This document shows, one piece after another, positions 37,562 to 51,100 of a DNA stretch of 64,000 nt (its first letter is position 1; each line of letters starts with the position of its first letter). The notes below the pieces were generated by a model. That model saw only the letters and a program-made list of their open reading frames with translations, was not told the origin of the DNA and did no database searches. The position numbers and the translations under genes are program-made. Location of the stretch: the NCBI GenBank assembly GCA_030704615.1, contig CM060732.1, forward strand, positions 46,934,001 to 46,998,000. The letters are read 5' to 3'. This stretch comes from Takakia lepidozioides (Eukaryota > Plantae > Bryophyta).

Positions 37562-40500
37562 CCCGGCACAACCTACACAACTACAGTGTGGGCATTGTGG
37601 CAAGTATGGGCATGAGGAGGCCCATTGTTATGACTTGCATCCTAAGCTACGGCCAGGCCAGTTCCAAGGGAACAATGGTGGCCGATGACGAGACAATGTA
37701 GTCCAGAGAGGTAGAGGAGGCAGAGGTCGCATTGGAGGTCGTAACCAAAACCAAGGAGTACAAGGTCAAGGTCAAGGTCATAACCAAGGCATGGTGGATA
37801 GGCTTGCCAAGCTAGAACAACGTCTTGCTACCATGGCCACTACTCATGTTGCGCCAGCTCCAAGGCCTGAGGTTCAAGCCCCACCTGCACAACCTCCTAT
37901 GCCTAGGGAAGACCGGATTGGTATGGGCTTCATGTGTGGAGCCGCACTTGCAGGACCATTGCATGTGGACTCTGTAGTGCTATCACTCGAGCAGCAACGC
38001 GTGCTCCTGAGCCAAGAGGAGCAGATGTGGATTTTGATCCACAAAGGGGGGAAGCAAGTCGACAAACAAGGCTTCCAGAGTCTTTCACATTGGCTGAGGC
38101 AGTGCCACCTACGCCATCGATGGTACCCGCTCGCCCAAGTGTGTCAGAGATAGAGCCACGAGTGCCATTGGGGAGAGTTGGTGTGGCTCGGGATATGCCA
38201 GTGGGTGGTGCTGCAAAGCAAGGTGCAGCCAGTACATTGTTGGGGGCGACTATGGCAATTTGCCAAGCTCCATTGTTTTCTACCTCGACAATTGCAATGT
38301 CGGGGATTCGGCCAGCTGCTATGTTTAGACTAGCAGCTAGACTCTGTGAGAGTGGTGATGCATCGGCACTATCTGCGGGGATAGCGGATAATGTGCAGTG
38401 CATGGATGCCATGGACTCCAGGGTGAAGACAGCCACAGCTGCACCATGGCAAGCGGCAGCTACAAGGTTGCAGGAGTTGCCAGCTAGACCAGCCATTGAG
38501 CGTAGTATGGTGACTCCTGGGGTAGTCCTGGTGGACAATCAGGATGATGTGTTTCAGTTGGGTGGCCTAGTCGGGAGGAGGTATAGGCCACTACGGGTCT
38601 TGTTGGACTCAGGAGCACAGCCATTGATGTTGGGAATAGCAGCAATTGCAGGCTTGGGCCTTACAGAAGCGGATTTGGAGCCTTGCCCTTTCCAAATTCA
38701 AACATCTTTGGGCGGTTTAGAGAAGGCATGAGGGATTACACGTCATGAGCTCTTCATTCGATTGCAGCCGGATCATCCTACGGATGGCTCAGTCATGAGA
38801 GCTAAAGCCATTGTTACGGACGTGATGTCTTATGATGTGCTTGTTGGTGGGGCGGTGTTATACCCCATGGGATTCACTCTGGACTTTTGGGAGGAAACGA
38901 CATCCTACATGCCGGAATGGCAGTCAGGAGATGGCCGACGTGCACTGCTCCCAGTGCGGTTTATTGGGAATGTAGCGGTGGATCATAGGAACATGATGCC
39001 CACATTGGCTGCATTCTCAGGGGTGGTGAGCTCTTGGAGGGCAGTAGCCATGCAGATGATAGGCCATCACCTGATGAGGACAAACAATTGGCATACAAGG
39101 CTGATTTGCTTCCTCATGTGCCTGTGCATATTCCACTGTGGGGTACGGTTAGGAATTTGCATCGAGTAGCAGGCGAGTGTGTGCACCAAGCATGACAGGA
39201 GGCCTTTCGATTGATGAGTGAGGGGAGTTCAGTGACATCACCTGGACCTCCTGAGTTAGCTCTGTTAGACACGGTGCCCATTACCTGGCAACCACCTGGC
39301 TCAGGGATTTGTTTGCTAGACCTGTTTGGAGGCATGAGCACTGGGCTTGCAGGAGTGTTGCAAGAAGGGATTAAAGTACGCAAGTACTTGTATGTGGAGA
39401 AGGATGAGATAGCTCGACGTATTTCTATGCGCCACATCGCCTTGCTCACACACAGGTATCCTAAGTTGTTGCCTCTCTCAGCAATTCAAGGGTACCAAAA
39501 GGCCTTGCCAGCAGACATTACCTTACTGGGGGCGGATGATTTGGGCCGGCATGGTGCAATTGACTTGGTGATTGCGGGATGGCCTTGCCAAGGACACTCT
39601 CCTGCAGGTCATGGGAATGGCTTGCATGATGCACGATCGCATTTGTTTTGGGAGATGTTGCGAGTGTTGCGCGACATGCAGATGAGGCAAGTGCAACCTC
39701 TAGGCTATATCTTGGAGAATGTTCCTCTTATGGGGGATTCTCGGGCCAGGGTAATTGCCAGTGTGCATCAGGTGTGGTCTTGGATTGGATCGGCGGTGCT
39801 ATTGGATGCAGCAGCGGTGGGATCACGCGCGCATTGACCTCGATTGTGGTGGACCAATCTTGCACCACCAGAGCTGCTCAAGAGAGCATATGATTCCATT
39901 CAACGGCCACCCAATCTCACGGTTGAGGGCATTTTGGACCAAGGGAGACAACCATAAAGGGTGCGACATGATGACCGTCAACCTCTGGCGGTGGTAAATC
40001 GAGTGGGGCAGCCACGTTCAGCTTTGTTTACGCTCATGAGCTTTCCCTCGTCTCATGCTTTTCGAGATAATGGTCCTGGATTGCTTTGGGACAGTGTGCT
40101 ACAACAATTGGTGGAGCCCAATGCGGATGAGCAAGAACGGACAATGGGTTTTACCACAGGCACTACAGATGTGCCAACTCTGTAAGAGGTATCACGTCGC
40201 CAAGTGTTGGGTCAAGCAATGGATCTAAATTGCTTGACATGGATAATTGGCTTGTGCATGGCTGAGCAACGGAGATTGCAAGCATTGGTGGCTACTTCTG
40301 CACTCCCATTGGATAGTGCATCCTCTTTGCCAACCGGGATGGTTGAGGCAGTGAGTGGGGGCAAGCACAGGATCGTGGGTTGCAAACACCCATGACAAAT
40401 GTGGGATGATATGCGCAAAAAGAGAGTCATTGGATCTCTCAAGCAGCAGTATGAGGAGTGGGGAGAGCCATGGACTGAGGATCAGTTGGAGGCCAAGGTG

Positions 40501-43500
40501 GCCAAGGCTTTTGAAGAGGTTGAGGATGTTTCTTGCACGGAGGATGTTCTCAAGGTGGCTATGGCGGAGTAAATGGAGGCTACGCCACAGTCAGATTGGG
40601 CGGACAAGGCCCAAGAGGTTGCTATCTAGCAACCAAAGGATTTGTCGCCTACCTCCAAGCCTGGTGTGCCCAAGGTTGCAGTCACCGAGGACAATTGGGA
40701 ACCAGATGTTGGACCTACAGTCACCGGAGGAGAAAGACGGAGGATCCAGCGATTTCTAAGGGCTTATAGAAATTGCTTTGCCTTCGGTTTGAAGGATTTG
40801 GGGAGTTTGAAGGGTCAAGAGATTCGTATTGATTTGGCAAGTGACACGCCAATCTTTCGAAGGCCCTACCGGTATAGTGACATGGAGAGGTCATTGATCC
40901 AGTCACGGACTATGGAGTTGTTCGAAGCTGGATTGGTGGAGTTGTCAGGCGGGGAGTATGCCTCGGCAACGGTGATGCCAGCTAAGAAGGATATCTATGG
41001 CAATTGGACAGAAAGAAGGATGTGTGGGGACTATCGTCCTGTGAACCGTCAGACTAAGTCTGATAGATATGTCATTCCAACTCCAGAGGAGATCTTTGAT
41101 GCCATTGGGCATGCAAAGGTGTTTAACACATTGGACTTGCGATCCGGTTATCACCAGTTGCCAATCAAAGAGGCTGACAAGAAAAAGACAACATTCTGGG
41201 GGATTGACCAATATGGGAAGGATTGTTTGTACTAATGGCGGTTCTTACCGTTTGGGTTAAAGAATGCTCTTGCAGAGTTTCAGAGGGTCATGTATAGGAT
41301 TCTCGCGGGGCTAGACTTCGCCCGGTGCTATATTGATGATATCATCATCTTTAGTGCTACGGTTGAGGAGCATGAGAGACACCTTCAGGTGGTGTTTGAG
41401 CGCTTGAGAGCGCACGGGTTGAAACTGCACCCCGGAAAGTGCAAGTTCTTCCACAATCAGATTGAGTATCTGGGCCACATGATATACCCTGGAGGATTGG
41501 GTGTTCAATAGACAAAGGTGGAGGCAATTGCATGCATTCCACGCCCCATGGATGTGAGCAGAGTTCGTGCTTTCATGGGATTGGCAAACTACTATCGACG
41601 GTTTGTCAAGGGATTTAGCAGCATTGCAAAGGCTCTTACCAAGTTGACCAAGGTGGGTCAGGAGTGGCAGTGGGAGGAGGAGCAGGAGGAAGCCTTTGAG
41701 GAACTCAAGGCTCAATTGACTTCTGCACCTATTCTGAGGCGGCCTATTCGGGGGCGGCCTTTCCAGCTACATACGGATTGGAGTATGTTGGGGATTGGAG
41801 CAGTGCTCACACAGGTAGATGATGAGGGAAGAGAGTTTGTAGTGGCATATTCTAGCCGCTTGAACAATGATGCCGAGGCGAAGTATAGTTCCTATGAAGG
41901 GGAGTGTCTAGCTACGGTATGGGCAATGGCACATTTCAGATGCTACCTCTATGGCAATCGCTTCACCCTTGTCACAGATCACCAACCATTAAAGTGGTTG
42001 ATGGAGTCAGACAAGCTCACAGGGAAGCTTGCACGGTGGGCACTTATGCTTCAAGAGTACGACTTCCAGGTGGTGCATTGAGCCGGTATTGTCAATCGGG
42101 ATGCAGATGGATTGAGTCGTAATCCATGCACGAGCGAGCATGATGATACTGGAGCTCGGTGGCATGGTGATACGGATGAGGAGATGGTGCCAAGATGGCA
42201 TGCATTGGCCTTTTTGTGCATTCTAGCAATGGGAGCTCAAGCTAGTCCATCCCATGCGATTGGTCATGAAGATAACGTGCATGATGATCCAGAGACTAGT
42301 GATGAGTTTGGTGGTGCTAAGGATGTGCATGAAGATGCAGCAGTGTTGGCATACCTTCGTACCGGAGAGACAGCAGCTAGTGTGACTGCTAAGGAGAGAG
42401 ATCGGGTCCTACAACGAGGCAAGAGGTTCAAGTGGGAGGGGACTCATCTACTACAAGTATGGGAGGATGGACGAGTGAGGATTGTGCCTCATCCAACACA
42501 ACGAGCGCAATTGGTACGCCATGCCCATGAGGAGTTGGGACATTTTGGGGTGCGATGCACTCATAGTTTGCTGCAAGGGCAGTATTGGTGGCGGGGCATG
42601 CACACGGATGTGCAACAATTAATGGCAAGGTGTATGGTGTGTGATAGAGTGCGGGCTTCTTTCAACGCCCCTACTTCACAATTGCATCCTTTACCCATTA
42701 TGGGTTTGGGCTATCGTTGGAGTCTTGACTTTGCAGGCCCATTGCCATTGACGATTCGCCACAACAAGTATGTGCTGGTGATGGTGGAACACTTTTCCAA
42801 ATGGATTGAACCGGTGACATTGCCTGACAAGGCAAGTGAGGGGGCTGCGTATGCATTCTTAGATCGAGTGCTTAGCCATTTTGGTGCTCCAGCCGAGGTA
42901 CTCACGGACCAAGGGAGAGAGTTCTTGGGGGAGTTTCAGGCTTTGTGTGAGCAAGCCTTGATAGATCACCGCACTACTTCTCGGGATCATCCCGAGGCTG
43001 ATGGCTTGGTGGAGAGAGTTGTTCAGACAGTCAAGAGAGGTTTGCGCAAGTACGGTTTGCAGAAGGGACACCTAGGAGATTGGGACCTTCAACTGCCTTG
43101 GCTAGCTATGGGCTATAGGTTCAGCAAACAAGCTTCACTTGTCTCCTTCTCACCTTACTTTCTTCTCTTCGGCCGAGAGCCGGATTTGCCTGCATCTATT
43201 TGCAGGGAGGCTGCAGTAGTTCTCAACCTTGATGATCCAGATGTGTGGATACAAGCATGTGCCTAGTGGGCAGAATTGTTCAAGAGAGTCATGCCTATGG
43301 CTTTTAAAAACCTTGCTATTGCCCAACACCGAGACACATTGAGGTACGTCACTATACGTGGAGGGGGATATCGGCCAAGTGTTCAGCATTTCTACCCTGG
43401 GGACTATGTGTATCTGCAGCAAACAATACCTACGACCTTGGATGTCACAGCAAGACGTGTGATTCTAAGGGTCAGGGAGGTGTTGCCTTCAGGAGTGTTG

Positions 43501-44540
43501 ATTCTGGAGGGTTGAGATGGCATAGTATGGAAGGACCATGTGCGCAATTGTGCACCATGTCACCTTCCACATATAGATGGGAGGATAGATCCTAACCTTG
43601 CAGTGGTACTTGCAGGATTGCGTTGCATGCTATGTCGGCGTGCTGGTGGCGCCGCAACCATGTTGGTGTGTGACAAATGCTCAAGGGAGTGGCACATGGG
43701 ATGCTTGACACCGCCACTTGAGGAGGTTCCTATCGGAGAATGGTTGTGTCCACGATGCCTTGGACAGAGGTAGTGGGCATGACAATGGTGAGGCGGGCAA
43801 GTGATCCAAGGTCTAGCTAGTGGGCTTCAATGCCATGGATACTCAACTGAAGATCATGGATTGCATGAAGACGACTAACGATGGGGCTACGTTTGCACCC
43901 GGCCAATTGATCTATCGACTTCAGGTGTTGGGATCTGTGCGATTGAAGACCAAACGATGATCTTCTTGGGGTGGATACTTGCAAGCTATCCGTTGTTAGA
44001 GGGACCTAATCACCAGCTAGGGGGGCGATTGTGGCGTGACTTTCTAGGACTATATGCTAGGAAGTGTGGTTGGACAACGATGTATGTTGTGGCACGATGC
44101 TTAGGTGCACGACAGTTGTCATGGTTTTGTTTGTGATTAGTTAGAAATAGTTATTTCTAACTAATTAGGAAATTATACATTTATATTTGTATTTTGTTGG
44201 CATTGGGACTTCATTTGGTTCCATGTGTCAAGTGAGGTGGCGAACCTCACTTGGGACGTGGAGAGGTTATCGACGTAGGCAGGCTCGTCTTCTTCTAGTC
44301 GAGCCTCCCGAGGCCTCTCTCCCCGCCATAGCTCTAGTACTTGAGATGGAGAGTGGGTGAGGTCTGTATGGTGGAGTCCTTTAGCAAAGGTGCCATTGGC
44401 TTGACTTATATAACGTGGTAGGGTGGTTTCTCCTCTTTTCACCATTTCCGTATCTATTGTGGCGTGACTTTCTAGGACTATGCTAGGAAGTGTGGTTGGA
44501 CAATGATGTATGTTGTGGCACGATGCTTAGGTGCACGACC
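37562..44540 (+). mobile_element. E3: 5'-truncated, degenerate DNMT-Gypsy element of a second subfamily with 3' block B1 44030-44114, GT, A 44117-44456, B2 44458-44540
   Basis: Starts in the Gag knuckle region; DSG, DNMT 39307-40236, TAGCAACCA at 40627, YIDD, integrase, PHD 43624-43758, PPT 44019-44028, junction GACAGTTGTC. Confidence 0.92.
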
Positions 44541-45539
44541 TGCAGCACACATATACTCCACAATCCGGAGAGTCGCAGACCGTATACCACTTGTAAAGTA
44601 GAGTAGGAAATGCAGGAAATGGTACAATATCATTCTCCCCATGAAATAAAATTTTGGCGGTACGATTGCATGTGCACCAGACTTCCAACCTGTCTGCCAA
44701 CCAACCTGATAAACCAGTCTTCTGGCGTCTGAACCAGTCTGCTCAACCAGTCTTCTGGTGTCTGAACCAGTCTGCTGTACCAGACGGGGACTCAGTCTTC
44801 GAACAGTCTGATGTGCCAGCCTTGATCTCCTAAGCAGACCAGTCTCCCGGTTCTGAACGTGCCTACACCTGGCTGACCGTGAGCCTCATGCGGTCTGCCC
44901 ATCAGACTGGCCATTCTCAGCACGGTGGACTCTCATTACTTTGCTGACCAGACTTGGTAGTCTACTGACCAATGCCATCCGCCTGTACTCTACCACTCTA
45001 GTGACTCTCGACAGTCTGCTCACCAGTGCAGACTCATGGTTCCCAATCGCATCTGCCAGTTTGCCGGACTGGTCCCAACTCCTCAGTCTGTCGGACTCTC
45101 GTCAGTCTGGCGACATTGCCCTCTGTCTGCTCACAAGCCTAGGCATACCCTTTTCCCGTACTCTGGCAGTCTGCTGACTCTCGGCTGTTTGCTGACCAGT
45201 GGACTCCCTTGGTATGTTAAACAAAATGATTGTGTGTGCAGGGGTAAGTCCGCTCAACAACATGCAGTGAATTGGTCACAAGTCTACAGCGACTACTCCA
45301 CACTACACTCATATGCGACCAATAGGATGTGTATGCAAAGTCATATTTTATTTCGTTGCAAATGCTCAAAAGCATGCTTACATGACAAATGCGTCCTATG
45401 GTGCACCTCTAATCTCGGGCCCAGATGGATATCTATGAGGATATTGCTTTCTCAGCAGCAGTCAAACCAGTCAAGATGTACTTAAGACATTGCATCCGTT
45501 GGCCAAGTGCAAACTTGTGACGTAAACCAGTGTTTCGTG

Positions 45540-48183
45540 AAAGATACTCCTCTCTCTGCCCTTTTAGAAGAGGTTCAAGTATGCCCAGTTTGTAGCCATT
45601 CATAATATCCTTGGATGAAAGACATGACGTAAAACCCCGCATTCCCAGCTGAATGGCTGTTGGGGCACTTCAGGTTGGTTGAACTGAAATGCCCTAACCT
45701 CCTGCCAACCCGGTGAATCAACACTGTAGCCTAAACACTCCGCATGCAGCTTCCGTATCCATGACAAAACATATGGGCAACCATGCAAAGACTCGATGGA
45801 GTTTATGTGAGTGTAGCAGCCTTTCTGCACGTCGATGACAACAACGCTCCAGTGCGCCCTGCAAGACGAATCTCATGAGTCTCACGGCAACAGTCCTCTC
45901 AGCAGACCACTCCAATTGCCTCTCCAACAGACTCTACAGACTTGCAAGTAGGCTGGGTCCTGGTCCCACTACACTCAGCCGACTCGGCAGAGTCACGACT
46001 CAGCAGACTCATAAGACTCATCACTCAGCAGACTCAGCATAATGAGCAGACTCAGGGCTGAGTAGCAAGACCGAGCAGACTGTCCTCATTCAAAAGACTG
46101 GGCAGATTTGCCAGACTGAGCAGACTGAACGGACTCAACCAGCGAGAGGCATGTGTGAATGTAGTGACATCATTCAAAAGACTGGCCCGACAGAACAGAC
46201 TGGGTATGCGAGATCTTACTCCTTCACAATCGGAACGATTATATGATGGCAGTCTTTTATGTCTTTGCCGAGCCGAGGGACGCTCCAGCAAGAATGTAGA
46301 TACTCCACTAGCCTTTTCGGTGGTCCGTCCCAATGTGACATCATACGAGACCACGTTGAGGCTGGCAGAAGAGCAACAATACTTGAGTATTTCTCCTCAA
46401 CCGTCTTCTCATAGAAACGACACCACAGCTCCAACATATTATCTGTGCACTCCGACTCCACCGTCTCAAGTGGCTTCAGGTCCGGAGGCCCGATGGAGCA
46501 CTCATCTCGGGGGTCGCCTTCATAAAAGTGAACCATGCAATTGCCGGCCGCGACATTCCATCGCAGGGCCGCGGCAAAACGAGAACCCAACGGCTTGCAC
46601 ACAGACCACGGCCTTGTGTGAAAACCCATGTACGCAACGGTCTGAGCGGACTGACTCCATTCAACAGACTGCCCATACCGAGCGGACTGAGCAGACTCGC
46701 CAGACTCACCAGACCGAGCGGACTGAGCAGACTCACACTTCTGAGCAGACTGGAGTGACCAGACTCAGCAAACTGGGAGGACTACTCACTGGTGCATTTT
46801 GTCGCTGAAGAACCACTTCCTTGTCCGTATCCAATGCCATTTTGCGGTCATTGTTCATGAAGACAGCGGACTTGCCTTTCTTCGCAGGTTTCTTGGCAAC
46901 AGGACCCTCCCGAATTTCCTGAGTCTGCTCCACGACAGTCCGTTTCTTCGCTCTACTTGTGCCCAGAGATTCGGCGACTATTGTGGCCGGGTTCGATTCA
47001 GCAGACTGACGAAGTGATGTTGTCATGCTTCGCAACACGACTGTGTCTGCAGGCTTGTTCACACTTGCAGGACCCGTATTGGCAGCCTCACGGGTCGCAT
47101 GCATTGAACTAATCCGTGCATCTGTTGGCGTTGTAAGTAAGCCACATTTTCTGGTTGTGTAGCCAATGTAAGCAACATTGGCGGGTTGTGGAATTGCCTG
47201 GGAGGGAAACGGTGTCCTCAAGTCCTGTAGGTACAACAGATCCTGTCAATACACAGAAATTGAACATAAATATGAAATCACAGAGGTGGAAGACGGTAGG
47301 GCACAACCTGTACGGCGTCATTGGAAGGAAGCGATTGGGCAGACTGCTCCCCTGCTTGAACGCCCAAGTCCGGACCTGCTGTAGCCAGGGGCGTTATGAC
47401 AGACTTTGTGTGCGCGACATGCTGGCCCTCAGTCTGTCCAATGTTATCGTCAGTTTGCTGCTCAGAGCGGTTAGCCTGGTGCTCAGTCTGCTTGCCGCTA
47501 TGGTCAGTCTGTTGTCGAGTCTGGTGGACACTCTCGTGTGCGGGGGGAACGACATATTGGCCCTTAGTCTGTCCATGTTCGGCATTAGTCTGCTGCTCAG
47601 TGTCCTCAGTCTGGCTAGTCTGGTGCTCAGTCTGCTCGCCGCTCTGGTCAGTCTGCTGTCGAGTCTGGTGGACACTCTCGTGGGCGGGGCGAACGGCATG
47701 TTGGCCTTCCTTCAGAGGACCATGTTTAGCGTCAGTCTGCTGCTCACTATCCTCAGTCTGGTCAGTCTGGTGCTCAGTCTGCTTTTTGCTTTGGTCAGTC
47801 TCCTGTTCAGCCTGGTGGTCACTCTTGTGGTCGGTCTGCTCTTGCAGGGAAGAGATCAATCTATCAACTTGCAAGTCAACTGTGTCTTCAGGGTCTGATG
47901 CAAAAAAAGCTTGACTATCGCCGACATCTAAATTATCCGCGGCAACTACATCGTCTAGTTCTTCCGTAAGGTCAATGATACGGGGTTGAGTTCCCATATT
48001 GCGGTCGGTCACGTAAGAATCATCTAGAGCTTTCGCAAGCGAACGAACCAAAACCGGGCTGAGCTGAATGGAAATAGATGGCAGGCCATGGGCCACTGGA
48101 GAAGAATGGTTTACCGGTGCCCGGCTTATATCCTCAAACAATGCGCCAATATGTGAAGATGGTCCGGCGGGAAAATATGACTC
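45540..48183 (-). pseudogene. Ulp1-like (peptidase C48) gene, probably transposon-borne; upstream exons continue at about 59147-59640 beyond E4
   Basis: HHIIVPI, HWSVVVIDVQK (about 45830-45857), VPQQPFSWECGV (about 45634-45670); Q/T/E-rich repeats at 47400-47850; removing E4 restores exon AG/..ALTESYFPAGP. Confidence 0.7.
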
Positions 48184-51100
48184 TGTCGTGCGCATACATA
48201 TCGCTACACAACTACATCACTGTCCAAAACCACACAACACATGTGCACACCACACACTAGTATACCACTAGTCCACCACTAGTCCAACCACTAGTCTACA
48301 ACTAGTCAGTCACTAGGCTGCCACTATGCTGCCCACTATGGCAGTCACTAGTCCACACAATGATAAAGAAGAAGAATACAAGCACGAGCTCACAAATCTG
48401 AAGCATAAACTCATGCATATATAACCTCATCACTCAAATACAAGTCAAGCCAAGTGCACCCCACGCCATGGGGAATCCACACTACGGCGCCATAGCTAGG
48501 CGCGGTGAGGCTCAACTCGAGAAAGATGAGCCTCCCGCGCTTGCCGTGAAGATAACCACTCCAGGGCCTAAATCTGCCTTGACCCCTGGATTGACACTTG
48601 GGCCAATCCCAAATGTCAATATGTAAAAGCTAGCTATTTCCTAGCTAGTTTCACACTAGTGGTAAAATAACTTGACAGCTGTCGTTCGCATACATATCGC
48701 TACATAACTACATCGTTGTCCAAAACCACACAACACATGTGCACGCCACACACTAATATACCACTAGTCCACCACTAGTCCAGCCACTAGTCTACAACTA
48801 GTCAGTCACTAGGCTGCCACTATGCTGCCCACTATGGCAGTCACTAGTCCACACAATCGCCCCCCTAGCTGGTGCTTAGGTCCCTCTAAGTCCAGGTAGC
48901 CACAAGATGTGATAGTGACCATAACCTCACTAAGTCCTCCACCACTATCCCTACTACACTCAAACTCGATAGATCAAGAGGCCGGGTGCAAGAGTTGCCC
49001 CATCGTTAGTCGCCGTCTTGCAACCTGTGAACTTGAGCTTGGGATCTCATGTATTGACTCCTATGAGCTTGGCCTCCCATGTCTTGTTAGCTGCCTCCAG
49101 TCATGTCCACTGCCACTATCCCAAGCAGTGTGGACACAACCAATCTCCGTCAGGAACCTTCTCAAGAGGTGGTGTCAAGCATCCCATATGCCAACCCCTT
49201 GAGCATCGATCATACACCAGCATGGTGGCTGCCTCTTTGGCAGACCCACAGAGCATGCACCTCAAACCTGCAGGTACCACTGCCAAGTTTGGGTCAACTC
49301 TGCCATCGACATTGGGAAGGTGACATGGCGCACAATTACGCACATGGTCTTTCCAAGTCATGCCATCCCGACCCTCCAAGATCAGGACTCCTGAGGGCAA
49401 CACCTCTTGAACCCTCAGAATAACACGCCCTGCAGTAACATCCAGAGTCGTAGGAGTAGTCTGCTGCAAATAAACATAGTCACCAGGGCTAAACCTCCGA
49501 ACCTAGGACGATATCCTCCACCACGTATAGTGGCATACCTCAACGTATTACGGTGTTGTGCAATGGCAAGATTCTCAAAAGCCATGGGCATGACTTTCTT
49601 GAACAACTCTGCACGCTAATCACATGCACGTATCCACACGTCCGGATCGTCAAGGTTAAGGACTTGAGCAGTGTCCCTACGAATGGCTGCAGGCAAATCT
49701 GGCTCTCGGCCAAAGAGAAGGAAATATGGTGAGAAGGAGGCAAGTGATGCTTGTTTGTTGAACCTGTAGCCCATGGCTAACCAAGGAACCTGAAGATCCC
49801 AATCTCCTAGGTGTCCCTTCTGCAAGCCATACTTGCGCAAACCCCTCTTCACCGTCTGAACAACTCTCTCTGCCAAGCCATCGGCCTCAGGATGATCCCG
49901 AGAAGTGGTGCAGTGGTCTATCAAGGCTTTATCACACAAAGCCTGAAACTCCCCCAAGAACTCTCTCCCTTGGTCCGTGAGTACCTCAGCTGGAGCACCA
50001 AATCGGCTAAGCACACGATCCAAGAATGCATACGCAGCCCCCTCACTAGCCTTGTCAGGTAATGGAACCAACTCAATCCACTTGAAGAAGCGCTCCACCA
50101 TCTCCAACACATATCTGTGGTGGCGCATAGTCAGTGGCAACGGTCCTGCGAAGTCAAGACTCCACCTGTAGCCCAATCCCATGATTGGTAAAGGATGCAA
50201 CTGTGGTGTAGGGGCATTGAATGAAGCACGCACCCTGTCACACACCATGCACCTAGCCACGAACTGTTGCACCTCTGTATGCATACCACGCCACCAATAC
50301 AGCCCCTGCAGTAAACTGTGAGTGCGTCGCACTCCAAAATGCCCCAACTCCTCATGGGCATGCCGCACTAACCGTGCATGCTGTGTGGGGTGAGGCACAA
50401 TCCTCACCTGACCATCCTCCCACACTCGAAGTAGGTGTATCCCCTCCCACTTGACCTCTTGGCTCGTTGCAGGATCCGATCCCTCTCCCTGGCAGTCACA
50501 GTGGCTGCCGTGTCTCCCGTGCGGAGGTAGTCCAACACAGCCGAATCCTCATGTATATCTCTGGCACCACATGGCTCATCACTAGCCTCAGGGTCCTCAG
50601 ACACTCCGTCTACAGTCATCCCTGTTGTAGGTCCAACCTGCCTTCCGATGCCAAGATATTCAAAAATGCAGATGCGTGCCATCCCGGCACCATCTCCTCG
50701 TCCGTCTCACCATGCCACTGAGCTCCAGTGTCATCGCCCTCTGATAGGTCGTCTCAGGATAGGCGCCGAGGTCAACCTCGCCTTGAGCTCTTGAAAAGCT
50801 CGTTCCTGCTCATCTTCCCACTGCCACTCCTGGTCCACCTTGGTCAGCTTGGTTAGAGCCTTTGCAATGGTACTAAATCCCTTGACAAACCGTCTATAAT
50901 AGTTTGTCAACCCTATGAAAGCTCGAACTCGGCTCACATCCGTGGGGCGTGGAATTTGTGCAATGGCCTCTACCTTAGTCTGTTGTACCCCCAATCCTCC
51001 AGGATATATCATGTGACCCAGATACTCAATTTGGTTGTGGAAAAACTTGCACTTCCCCGGATGCAATTTCAATCCGTGCGCTCTCAAGCGCTCCAATACC

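Noticed and set aside
47155-47914. Leu/Val/Ser-rich and Cys/Trp-rich plus-strand ORFs
   Set aside because: They are antisense shadows of the repetitive Q/T/E-rich minus-strand frame
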